Below, piece by piece: positions 10,417 through 19,173 of a stretch of 64,000 nt of DNA; position 1 is the stretch's first letter, and every line of letters starts with the position of its first letter. The stretch covers positions 977 through 64,976 of IMG/VR virus record IMGVR_UViG_3300037067_008306; one strand, written 5' to 3'. Position numbers and translations under genes: made by a program. Origin of the DNA: a virus. Taxonomy: Duplodnaviria; Caudoviricetes. The notes under the pieces are model-generated. The model was not told where the DNA came from and did not search any database. It saw only the letters and a list, made by a program, of their open reading frames with translations.

Positions 10417-11154
10417 TTATTCCTTCCCCGGTACTTTCTGCTGTACCCTTTTATTTATTTCTAATAGATGTAAATTCTTTTCCAAAAACTTTATAACATC
10501 CCCCGCACTGAATTTATTATTTTTAAAATGATCGAAAATAATTCTCATCAATTGGTAATCGGCTTCCTCATCAATGCACAGTCTCCAGTCCTGATAATCT
10601 TTTCCATAGATAAAACTGAATTGTTTCCGGTGATCTTCCCGGATCATTATGTTCCAGCCGGAATGGGTCTTGTGAACATAATTAGTTATTTCATTAGAAG
10701 CTATTAAAAGGGTTGTAGGAGAATATATTTGAATATCAAATCCGCGCGGATAGGATCTATTTATAACATTGCTGACATAGGTAAAAGCAGGGAAGTTTTT
10801 AAACTTCTTTACCATTACATCAATATGCTTCGGATCAATCAGAGGACAGTCTGCTGTAACATCTACAATAGCCTGCACCTTATGATATATACAGGCATTC
10901 AGAATATTATCCAGAACAAATTCCTTTTTTCCTCTCCAGCATTTACATCCCATTCTTTTAGTAAATACTTCCAGAATATTATCTTCCGGCTCGTCAGTAG
11001 TTACAATTAAAATATCATCTACTGTCTTTGCTCTTTTTATTCTTTCAATGAGATGCTGAAGTACTGGCTTATGTTCCTTACCCAACGGGTATAGAACCTT
11101 GCCCGGAAGCCTATTGCTACCCATACGTGCCTGTATTACTGTCGTGATTTTCAT
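10417..11154 (-). CDS. SpsF/PseF-like cytidylyltransferase (copy 1)
   Basis: IQARMGSNRLPGKVL, DVTADCPLIDP, YPRGFDIQ, RLCIDEEADY. Confidence 0.9.
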   Translation of the reverse strand: MKITTVIQARMGSNRLPGKVLYPLGKEHKPVLQHLIERIKRAKTVDDILIVTTDEPEDNILEVFTKRMGCKCWRGKKEFVLDNILNACIYHKVQAIVDVTADCPLIDPKHIDVMVKKFKNFPAFTYVSNVINRSYPRGFDIQIYSPTTLLIASNEITNYVHKTHSGWNIMIREDHRKQFSFIYGKDYQDWRLCIDEEADYQLMRIIFDHFKNNKFSAGDVIKFLEKNLHLLEINKRVQQKVPGKE

Positions 11155-11167
11155 TCCTTTTCCCCCT

Positions 11168-11446
11168 TTACTTATGACTTTTGCAATACCATTTAACCTG
11201 AGTGTAACGTATTCTCTTTATTGTTTTTTTAGAGATTTTAGGAATCATATTTTCTTTCACATTAAAAACTTTGCATCTTTTCCCTTCTATTATTTCCGAG
11301 CATTGAACAATTTTATTTTTTCTGTTTAGATTGCTTTGGATTAACTTTTTTTCTTTTCTTTGTTTTCTTAGGTTCATTAAGTCGCTGTGGACTTTGTTCT
11401 TGCAATTTATTTGATTTTCCTGTATTTTTTCCTTGCTGTATAACAT
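11168..11446 (-). CDS. small basic hypothetical protein (overlaps the sbcC C-half by 134 nt)
   Basis: 92 aa with C-x8-C...WYCKSH; the long overlap makes the start uncertain. Confidence 0.35.
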   Translation of the reverse strand: MLYSKEKIQENQINCKNKVHSDLMNLRKQRKEKKLIQSNLNRKNKIVQCSEIIEGKRCKVFNVKENMIPKISKKTIKRIRYTQVKWYCKSHK

Positions 11447-12044
11447 GAGATTTTCCCTTTCTTATGGAGACTTCAAATATTTTATCTGCTCCCTTTTCAA
11501 TCTCTTCTAATGGAACCCTTTCATCATGTATCATTATGATTTGTAATTTCAATTTTTCAGATAATAGTTTTATCATCTGAATTACTCTTTCATTTTCTTC
11601 CCGGCCCTTGAGATGCTTGAAAGCCTCATCCAATATCAATACATTTCTTGATTTAGGATTCTTAATATTCCATAGGGCAATACGCAGAGCAAATCCAGCT
11701 ACATCAACAACCCCCACTCCGGTCTCATCTGTCCTATTTCCATTACGGGAAAAATAAAGATCAGCAACCGTCCCGGAATTCCTTTCATTGATCTCAATAT
11801 GAAATTTATAAGGATCATCGAAAACTGATTCCAGGGCCATTGTAACTATTTCGGAAATTCTAAATTCAATCTGCTGCTGAGTCTTTTTTGCTACAGTTTG
11901 GATTATCACCTGAGCTTCTTCTGTATTTTTATAATCCCGGTTAAGCTGCTGGATTTCTTCTTTCAGGGCAGAGACGTCCTGAAAGACCTGATTGCGCTGG
12001 CCTTTCTGTTGTTCTAAACTATTTCTGTATGATTGTATGTTCAT
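11313..12044 (-). CDS. sbcC: SbcC/Rad50-like ATPase, C-terminal half
   Basis: coiled coil, degenerate signature (GVGVVDVAGFALRIAL), Walker B/D-loop ILDEAFKHL, H-loop MIHD; no Walker A. Confidence 0.8.
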   Translation of the reverse strand: MNIQSYRNSLEQQKGQRNQVFQDVSALKEEIQQLNRDYKNTEEAQVIIQTVAKKTQQQIEFRISEIVTMALESVFDDPYKFHIEINERNSGTVADLYFSRNGNRTDETGVGVVDVAGFALRIALWNIKNPKSRNVLILDEAFKHLKGREENERVIQMIKLLSEKLKLQIIMIHDERVPLEEIEKGADKIFEVSIRKGKSHVIQQGKNTGKSNKLQEQSPQRLNEPKKTKKRKKVNPKQSKQKK

Positions 12045-12271
12045 ATATCATATTCCTTCTCCAGGGCTTCAGCATCCTCTTCAATCTCAGCTTCCAAAGT
12101 GGAAATCTTTTTCTTGAGCTTTTCCATTTCTTCTTTTGCTTCATCAAAAGTCATTCCGAGATTTTCCAGAGCTGAATCAAGTTTTGCTTTAAGTCTGATT
12201 CCTTCCTCTTCCGTTTCCTTAACTTCTTTTTTAAGGTCTAAAAGTTTGTTAGCTAAATCCATGTTACTCAT
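12041..12271 (-). CDS. small coiled-coil protein
   Basis: 76 aa heptad-rich ORF coupled to the sbcC C-half. Confidence 0.6.
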   Translation of the reverse strand: MSNMDLANKLLDLKKEVKETEEEGIRLKAKLDSALENLGMTFDEAKEEMEKLKKKISTLEAEIEEDAEALEKEYDI

Positions 12272-12419
12272 TTTAATCCCCTTTATATATTACGAAGTTC
12301 ATTTAAAGTTTCTACATCCTCTTCTATTGTTTTTATGCTTTTTCCCTGCTTCAATATTAGTATTAAATTTATAACAGAAACAATTATAAGTATTATTACC
12401 ATAATGTTTGTTATGATAT

Positions 12420-13286
12420 TCATTTTTCTAATGCCTCCCAGCATATTTCCTGTACAGGTTTTCTGATCTTCTGTGATCGAAAAAAGTTTTCAAGATTTTT
12501 CTCAAAGTTTAAATCCATTTCCGCGTCATTCTCTCCGAATCTATTTACAAAAGATTCCACCCGGTTATCTCTTTCCTTTTCAATCTCAATATAGCTACGG
12601 TCAATTACATCTTTCTCAATAGGATAGGGAATTGTATGTACTATAATAGTATCTTTCATTTCTATGTAATAAAAAGCCGGGTAATAATCAATTTGATCTG
12701 CCGACATACGCATCATAGAACCACAATTGATAAGTCCTCTTTTATTATTTGTGTATTCAATAAAAGGTCTATGATTATCCCCGGAAATTATTATTCTTGC
12801 TTCAGGATTATCTTTTAATAATTTAATAGCCTTTGTACTTCCTTGCACTCCGGGAATAGGAATATCCTGATGAATCATTTTATGTATAAGCATTATTCCA
12901 TGATCTTCAAAAAAGAAAGGTTGTTCAAAAGGAGTAGACGATAAATCAATAACTTCAGCTTGTCTTAATACCCATAAAGAAGAATGTTCAAGTAATTCTA
13001 TATTATGATTAGGAAGATCATGCTGTCCTGGTATTACATGAAATTTTAACCCTTCGTTTTTCAAATCTTGTAATTGTTCAATTATCCAGGCCTCAAGAAA
13101 GGAACTGCTCTTTGCCCGATGAAAAAAATCCCCAGCGCAATATATATCACAATTCTTTTCATTAGCTGTATCAATAAGAAATCGAAATTTCTTTTCCTGA
13201 GCCTTCCAGTAATCATCTGTACGGGCATGGGGAATAGAATCCCGGAGATGTAAATCGGCACAAGCTATAAAATTATATGTTTTCAT
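12420..13286 (-). CDS. sbcD: SbcD/Mre11-like metallophosphoesterase nuclease
   Basis: ADLHL, AGDFFH, PGQHD, GDNH and NCGS motifs. Confidence 0.9.
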   Translation of the reverse strand: MKTYNFIACADLHLRDSIPHARTDDYWKAQEKKFRFLIDTANEKNCDIYCAGDFFHRAKSSSFLEAWIIEQLQDLKNEGLKFHVIPGQHDLPNHNIELLEHSSLWVLRQAEVIDLSSTPFEQPFFFEDHGIMLIHKMIHQDIPIPGVQGSTKAIKLLKDNPEARIIISGDNHRPFIEYTNNKRGLINCGSMMRMSADQIDYYPAFYYIEMKDTIIVHTIPYPIEKDVIDRSYIEIEKERDNRVESFVNRFGENDAEMDLNFEKNLENFFRSQKIRKPVQEICWEALEK

Positions 13287-13374
13287 ATTCTCCTTAATAA
13301 GAATAAAATATCTTCATCCTGAGTCAGAGAAAATCTTATCAATAAAGATCGTTTGATCTTGTCTTTTGCTTTCT

Positions 13375-14298
13375 CTATTTTTTCGGCATCTTCTGGTTGC
13401 ACAGTGGACAGGTCTCCGGTGTAAGTTTATCAAGCATTTCTTTTTTCTTACTATATTTTTTTCTCATGTCCGATAATTGAATTTTTAAAGTTTCAATTTT
13501 TCTTACCTGAGAATTTAAAGTCTCATAAGAATCATTTAGTTTTTCCAGTTGCTCTGTTTTCTTTATATAGGAATCAATTTCTTTTTCTGAAGGATAATTC
13601 TTTTTATTAGCTTCAATATCTTTCTGTATAGATTCAATCAGCTGAATAGATTTAAAGAGAGATGTATATTTATCCTTTAAAGAAATAAAGAAATTATTTT
13701 TCTTTTCCAGGGCTTTCAGATCGATTTCAAAGTCATCAATATAATCATATTTTTTTAAACTCTCTTCTTTCTTCTCAAGATCATAAGTCCGGGATTTTAT
13801 TGTTCTGTTTAGATCATTCTTTTTTGTTTTTACATAAGACTGTGCCCGGTCGATAGCTTCCCAGTTTACAATCTTGTTCAAATACTTTGCTACTTCCCCC
13901 GGAGTATTAAGCAACAGGAAAGGTCTGTCCAATTGATATTGAGTATTTATTTCATCAATGTTCAGTAGCTGAGCAACGGGTTCCGGGACAGTGGTACCAG
14001 GAGCCTCTAAAGAATTTGGGGTAGTAGAAATTCTATAACAATTATCTTTAGCAGATTTTCCTTTTTCTCTTACTACTTGAAAATCATTTTCTAGTGTAAG
14101 AGCAACAGAAGTATCACCGCCCCAGTGACTGCGGAAAGAATCCCCCAGGGGTCTGTTAGCAAGTAGCCATTTCAAGGCGCGGATTATTCCTGACTTTCCA
14201 TTATCCGTACTGCCAATAAAAACATTGACCCCTGGGGAAAGTTCTATGTCAGTATGCTCATGGCTTTCAAAATTTTGAATAGTGATAGAAGAAATCAT
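13375..14298 (-). CDS. sbcC: SbcC/Rad50-like ATPase, N-terminal half ending in a zinc hook (start corrected to MISSITIQNF)
   Basis: IQNFESH, Walker A GSTDNGKS, Q-loop QLD, coiled coil, C-terminal CPLC. Confidence 0.85.
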   Translation of the reverse strand: MISSITIQNFESHEHTDIELSPGVNVFIGSTDNGKSGIIRALKWLLANRPLGDSFRSHWGGDTSVALTLENDFQVVREKGKSAKDNCYRISTTPNSLEAPGTTVPEPVAQLLNIDEINTQYQLDRPFLLLNTPGEVAKYLNKIVNWEAIDRAQSYVKTKKNDLNRTIKSRTYDLEKKEESLKKYDYIDDFEIDLKALEKKNNFFISLKDKYTSLFKSIQLIESIQKDIEANKKNYPSEKEIDSYIKKTEQLEKLNDSYETLNSQVRKIETLKIQLSDMRKKYSKKKEMLDKLTPETCPLCNQKMPKK

Positions 14299-14300
14299 AG

Positions 14301-14558
14301 TTACCTTATAATTAAATGCTTTTCTAAAACATATTTTAAATCTTCTGCAAACATAGGTGATATATTCCCTATACTTATCATTTTTTTGCAAAAACAATCT
14401 ATATCAAATTTTATTTTTTCTTTTAATAAATTTGGATCTGATTTTATACTACCAATATATTTATCTTCCATGTAGGATAAAAAATCAGAGAGATTAGTAT
14501 AAGAAGACCTTTGCTTTACTACTAATTCTGTTTTAATTTTAAATATGTTATTTAGCAT
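14301..14558 (-). CDS. hypothetical protein
   Basis: 85 aa ORF whose stop lies 2 nt before the corrected sbcC-N start. Confidence 0.45.
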   Translation of the reverse strand: MLNNIFKIKTELVVKQRSSYTNLSDFLSYMEDKYIGSIKSDPNLLKEKIKFDIDCFCKKMISIGNISPMFAEDLKYVLEKHLIIR

Positions 14559-14704
14559 CTTTTATCTTCTCCGGGAATAATATTTTTCTTGCCGACTCCT
14601 TCGCAGTAGAGCTTGAATATTTTTTAGTAAATAAATTATGCCTCTGCTTCTTTCTCAGTCTTCTTCTTTGCTTTCTGTTTAAAAAAGTATTATGTATTGG
14701 AGCA

Positions 14705-15070
14705 TTACTTGCCATGAATAAGTTCCTCCATTATATTAAAAAATACATTGGCGTCTAAAATAACAATAGGGACATTTCTGTTTTTCTTATGAATTAAAAG
14801 CCAGTTCCGAGTTGGGCTTGTATTTGTTTTAGCTTGTTCAATATCTTTATAAAGATTTATTTTTTCTGTTGCTTTACATTCAACATCAAATAGAAATTGA
14901 TCTTTTGCTTCCATTCTTAATACTACATCAGTTCCTGACTGTCCCATAAGTCTTGGTTGAATCAATTTTTCATCTTCGTATCCCCATGGAATAAATAATA
15001 ATTTAGAAATCTGTTCACAGGCCCATTTTTGAAGGTTCCTTCCTTTTGCCTTTGCAGAAGATGTTTTCAT
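14705..15070 (-). CDS. PD-(D/E)xK Holliday junction resolvase (Hjc-like)
   Basis: AKAKGRNLQ, GQSGTDV, DVECK, WLLIHKKNR. Confidence 0.8.
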   Translation of the reverse strand: MKTSSAKAKGRNLQKWACEQISKLLFIPWGYEDEKLIQPRLMGQSGTDVVLRMEAKDQFLFDVECKATEKINLYKDIEQAKTNTSPTRNWLLIHKKNRNVPIVILDANVFFNIMEELIHGK

Positions 15071-15104
15071 GTTCTCTCCTCAATTTCTTTTAAATTGGCT
15101 TCAT

Positions 15105-16157
15105 TTACCATTTCTTTTTCCTACCCGCGCTGGAAATTGAATCCTCTATTTTTTCCCATTTATCAATTACTTTCTGAGCCAGTTCCTTTTCCAGGTTGTT
15201 ACTTTCAATATGATGTATTAAGCCTTTCAGGGAAAATTCATTATTATCCCACTGAAATAATTCACTTTCCACTTTTGCTTTATGCTTGCCCAGGTCTGTA
15301 TATAAATTATATAGGTATAAAATATTTGTTCTGATATTATCTACACCATAATCAAAAAGGATTTCCATGTATGCTTCCCGAAATGGTTTGTCATTTCCTA
15401 TCTTTGTAATTCTGGCCTTTGTAGTAATCCCATATACACGTCCTTTCTTCCGGTGCTTCTCAGTCTCAGCTAGCCATATAATAAGAGAAGCCATGTGATC
15501 CAGAGCCTTACCCCCGGTTCTGTAATATTTAGGCCCGTAAGTAACACCGATATTTTCCCGGACTTGTGATATAATAATAAGAATACATTTTTTATCTCTT
15601 ATATCTTTCATTCTTAACCGGAAAAATTTCCCCAGGTTTTTAACTTTCTCCAGGTTGTAAGTTCCTTTATCTTCTTTGTCCTTATCCCTTTCCATTTCCG
15701 CTTTACTGGATAGCATATCAAAGCAATCCAAAACATAGATAAGGGTTTTTCCTTCAGGCAACCGGGATAATTTACTTTTTAAATTTCCCGTGAAATCCTC
15801 TATGGTATGACTATTGATCTGATCTTTTTTTATAATATCAATTCCATAAAGGTCTCTGGTGTTAAAGGAATACCTGTTTTCAACATCATCATAAAACCAT
15901 TCCAGCTTATTTCCTAATAGTCGATAAGCAGCAGCAATAAATTCAGAAGCCAGGAAAGTCTTACCTGATGAAGAGTCCCCGACAATATTAGAAATTTGTC
16001 CGATAGAGACCCCTCCCGACAAAGCGCAGTCCAGCGGAGTTATGCTTGTCGGGAGGGTGGGGATTAAGGGTTTTGATCTGGGTGTTCGGGCAGATTCCTT
16101 CACCTGTTCAACAATCTTTTTTCTTGTCTTTTTTAGATGGTCTGCCTTGGTTTTCAT
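15105..16157 (-). CDS. recA: RecA/UvsX-like recombinase
   Basis: Walker A GDSSSGKT, LDCFD, ISQVRENIGVTYGP, TGGKALDH, KIGNDKPFR. Confidence 0.9.
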   Translation of the reverse strand: MKTKADHLKKTRKKIVEQVKESARTPRSKPLIPTLPTSITPLDCALSGGVSIGQISNIVGDSSSGKTFLASEFIAAAYRLLGNKLEWFYDDVENRYSFNTRDLYGIDIIKKDQINSHTIEDFTGNLKSKLSRLPEGKTLIYVLDCFDMLSSKAEMERDKDKEDKGTYNLEKVKNLGKFFRLRMKDIRDKKCILIIISQVRENIGVTYGPKYYRTGGKALDHMASLIIWLAETEKHRKKGRVYGITTKARITKIGNDKPFREAYMEILFDYGVDNIRTNILYLYNLYTDLGKHKAKVESELFQWDNNEFSLKGLIHHIESNNLEKELAQKVIDKWEKIEDSISSAGRKKKW

Positions 16158-16323
16158 ATGTCAATTCCCCATTTAAAACTTTTTGTAGCATATCGGAATA
16201 AACTTCATAGCGTCCGGCGATCTTCTTTCCGATCTTGAAATCCTCTATCCATGTCCGGATTGTCTCAGTAGACTTCTTTGCCTTCTTTGCAGCTTCCGGG
16301 ACTGTTAATTTAATCCTTTCCAT
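16108..16323 (-). CDS. MerR/excisionase-type HTH DNA-binding protein (start corrected to MERIKL)
   Basis: LTVPEAAKKAKKSTETIRTWI...GKKIAGRYEV. Confidence 0.7.
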   Translation of the reverse strand: MERIKLTVPEAAKKAKKSTETIRTWIEDFKIGKKIAGRYEVYSDMLQKVLNGELTYENQGRPSKKDKKKDC

Positions 16324-17521
16324 AGGCTTCTGAACAATCATCCCAGAGTTTGCATTTTGAGCAATCTTTTTGGTATTCATCACAATCTTCTCCGAATTTA
16401 TGCCCACTAGGACATTTCTGTTTTCCTTTTTTCTTTGAAGGCGGTTCGTCATCATCGTCATCATCAGCAGGTTTTCTGCTCTTCTTTTTTACGGAAGATT
16501 GTTTTGGTTTTTCATCTTCATCATCGTCCTCATCAACAGGCTTCCGGGATTTCTTTTTAACAGGTTCCTCCTCATCATCATCGTCATCATCTTTGGAAAC
16601 TGCTTTTTTAAATCCTTTGTCCAGATCATCATCATCTGAATCATTGTCCTCATCTTCTGAATCTTTATCTTCCTCCGACTCTTCCTCATCATCATCTACT
16701 GGCTTTTTAGATTTCTTTTTTACTGGTTCATCATCGTCATCATCTGTTTCTTCTTTCGAGGAAATCCCATATAAATCTTTTTCCATTTCTTCATAATCCG
16801 GGATTACCAGCAAGGCATCCAATGAAGGAACTTCATCAAATATTTCCGGGTCAACAGGTTCCCGATCTTTGAAGCGGAATCCGGTAGGCTTGTAAGTTGT
16901 ATTTTTAAATTCACCTTCTCTTTCTTCCCCGTAAAAAATTATAGCTTTCCCTTCATCCGGGTCGGCAAAAGGAATAACCCCTTCCCCGTCAGTATCTCTT
17001 TCAGCTTCGGCTAAAACTTCTTTCAGAAATTCCCAGTGGCTTAAATCAAGAAGATAAAATTTATCATCATTCTTCATTAAGTCCTGAATGATGAATACTT
17101 CCCTCTGCTGTGCCCGCATGTCTTTTACTTCCTTGTCTTTGTAGGTATATTCTTTTGAATCTACCATCTTTTTTATTTCTTTACAACCGGGACAGGGCTG
17201 ATTAAAAGTTTCTTTCATACAAAGATAATTTCCTTCACTTTCTCCGAAAAAGCGATGTACAAATACAGCCAGCTTGTAATCTGTCTTTCCTTTCTCCCGG
17301 CCTTTGGGGTGATTGTCTGTAGTGATTCTGTATTGAAGAATCCCGATTTTGTTTTTGTCTTTCTTTACTTTGTAGAATTCAAGATCAGGGTAATCAGACA
17401 GGTCAAGATAATTTGCTCTATTACCTCCGCTGCCCTTATCCTTATTTTTGAAATCGTCTTCGTATACATCGGACAATTTGTATTTTTCTTTTCCTGATTT
17501 ATTTTTATTAAGAGACGACAT
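16310..17521 (-). CDS. gp32-like single-stranded DNA-binding protein with long acidic/basic repeat tail and C-terminal Cys cluster
   Basis: HRFFG...YLC...PCPGC Zn-type motif, acidic tail, position between UvsY-like and RecA genes. Confidence 0.7.
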   Translation of the reverse strand: MSSLNKNKSGKEKYKLSDVYEDDFKNKDKGSGGNRANYLDLSDYPDLEFYKVKKDKNKIGILQYRITTDNHPKGREKGKTDYKLAVFVHRFFGESEGNYLCMKETFNQPCPGCKEIKKMVDSKEYTYKDKEVKDMRAQQREVFIIQDLMKNDDKFYLLDLSHWEFLKEVLAEAERDTDGEGVIPFADPDEGKAIIFYGEEREGEFKNTTYKPTGFRFKDREPVDPEIFDEVPSLDALLVIPDYEEMEKDLYGISSKEETDDDDDEPVKKKSKKPVDDDEEESEEDKDSEDEDNDSDDDDLDKGFKKAVSKDDDDDDEEEPVKKKSRKPVDEDDDEDEKPKQSSVKKKSRKPADDDDDDEPPSKKKGKQKCPSGHKFGEDCDEYQKDCSKCKLWDDCSEAYGKD

Positions 17522-17523
17522 TT

Positions 17524-18024
17524 TTATTTGATCCTCTTTTTAGATTTTTTATCAATAGCATCCATCTGATGCTTGTCTGCTGCTCTTTCCCTGATATTTT
17601 CTTTCGTGTCTTTCGGCTGCCGGGGCGTGGAATTATAATTTGCTAATTCTAATTGACACATATATTCAAGTGCTTTCTTTCGGTGATCCATTGCCATCTT
17701 ATTAGCATTGTTTAACACTCGCGCCTCATGCTCTGCTTCCAGGTAATCTTCCATTGCCTTCGTATGTCTCTTGTCCATTATGATTTCATTAGCAATAGAT
17801 TTCTCCGTGACCTTAGCTTCATTCATAGAGGCATTAAATCTGAGTTCCTTGTCAATCTCAGCATCAACTACTTTTAATGCTTCACTTGCTTTGTCCGCAT
17901 CCCTTCGGGCTTCCTCAGCTACAGTGGCAAAATACCGATACATTGCAGGCTGCCTCAGCCACTCTTCATCAAGAGCTAATCGATCAATATTGTCGATGTC
18001 TTGAACAGTAAATTCTTTACTCAT
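17524..18024 (-). CDS. UvsY-like recombination mediator
   Basis: helical protein with LDEEWLRQPAMY and KVTEKSI motifs, next to SSB and RecA. Confidence 0.6.
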   Translation of the reverse strand: MSKEFTVQDIDNIDRLALDEEWLRQPAMYRYFATVAEEARRDADKASEALKVVDAEIDKELRFNASMNEAKVTEKSIANEIIMDKRHTKAMEDYLEAEHEARVLNNANKMAMDHRKKALEYMCQLELANYNSTPRQPKDTKENIRERAADKHQMDAIDKKSKKRIK

Positions 18025-18043
18025 ACTTTTTCTCCTCTTATAT

Positions 18044-18076
18044 ATTATACAAAATAAATAAAAAATTTAAAGAAAA
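18044..18076 (-). promoter_or_regulatory. promoter TTTAAA-N16-TATAAT upstream of the UvsY-like gene
   Basis: 32/33 nt identical to 29436-29468; -10 at 18044-18049, -35-like hexamer at 18066-18071; SD follows immediately. Confidence 0.7.
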
Positions 18077-18083
18077 ATTTTAT

Positions 18084-19004
18084 TTATTGCATTACTGATC
18101 TGAAAGCCGATAGTATCAATCCGGCTTTTCCGCTGTCATAATAATTATCAGTAAAATTTTCAATAATCATAGCCGATCGCAGAGCTGTTTTCTTATCCTT
18201 AGAATTTAAAGCAATGGTGGTAAAATATCCCAGCACAGCGCGCCGAATGGATTCAGGTTCTGCTTCTATACTTTTTATTATTCCTGCTATTTGATTCCAT
18301 GCCCTTCCCTCGTTGAGGGCCCGGCATAAATCTATGACCTGCTTCTGGTCTGTCTTTATAGATTGAATTATCTTGATTGCTTTATCTGCTTCTTTAATCC
18401 CGATAATTTGTTGCAACATTATTAAGGCTTGTCGGGGGATTCCTTCCGATTCCTCTGCTATCTTTTCCAGTACATCTATATTGATTTTTATTTTCCGGGG
18501 AGAAAGAACATTGTCCAGTAATCTCATTATCATCTTAATATTTAATTTATGAACCTCAAACCTGGAACATCTATTTAAAATAGTCTTGAGCAGTTTCTCC
18601 GGCTCCGTAGTACACAAAATAAAAAATACATGTTTTGGAGCATCTTCCAATGCCTTAAGCATGGCGTGCTGGAAATCCTTTGTAGTGGCATGAACCTCAT
18701 CCAGTATATAAACTTTACATTTGCCCTGAAGTGGCTTGAAAGACATCTGAGAAATAATATCACGGGCAGTATCTATTCCTCTATTATTGCTCGAATTTAG
18801 CTCGATCCGATCATATTCAGAACATCCTAATTCATTGGCCACTATACGGGCCAGGGTAGTCTTCCCACAGCCCGTCAGGCCGGAGAATAGGAACGTATGT
18901 GGAGGGTCTTTCTGCTGTAATAAAGACTGTAAGGATTCTACAGTGTCCCGGTTTCCTATTATCTCATTAAAAGTTTTAGGTCTGAATTCAATATTATAAG
19001 CCAT
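18084..19004 (-). CDS. dnaX: DNA polymerase III gamma/tau-like clamp loader ATPase
   Basis: FRPKTFNEIIGN, GLTGCGKTT, ILDEVH, CTTEPEKLLKTILNRC. Confidence 0.9.
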   Translation of the reverse strand: MAYNIEFRPKTFNEIIGNRDTVESLQSLLQQKDPPHTFLFSGLTGCGKTTLARIVANELGCSEYDRIELNSSNNRGIDTARDIISQMSFKPLQGKCKVYILDEVHATTKDFQHAMLKALEDAPKHVFFILCTTEPEKLLKTILNRCSRFEVHKLNIKMIMRLLDNVLSPRKIKINIDVLEKIAEESEGIPRQALIMLQQIIGIKEADKAIKIIQSIKTDQKQVIDLCRALNEGRAWNQIAGIIKSIEAEPESIRRAVLGYFTTIALNSKDKKTALRSAMIIENFTDNYYDSGKAGLILSAFRSVMQ

Positions 19005-19173
19005 TGTTATTTCTCCTTTTTACTTGCAGGGCATTCTTTGCAATAACAAAAGGAAGGAATAGAAGCACTTCCTTTCTGTACTTTATAATGACCACATTCT
19101 AAGATTATTTTTACATTTGATCCTTGTGAAAAATGTCTTGTTTCGGTTTTTGTAACTTTTCTTTTAGGGTTTT

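Noticed and set aside
1104-11154. Sugar cluster as flanking host DNA of a prophage
   Set aside because: It is flanked by phage genes on both sides, coupled to the phage operon and shares the CCGG bias; no integrase or att site was seen.
16350-16796. Plus-strand Ser-rich ORF and the overlapping 16489-16695 ORF
   Set aside because: Shadows of the low-complexity Asp/Glu tail of the SSB gene.
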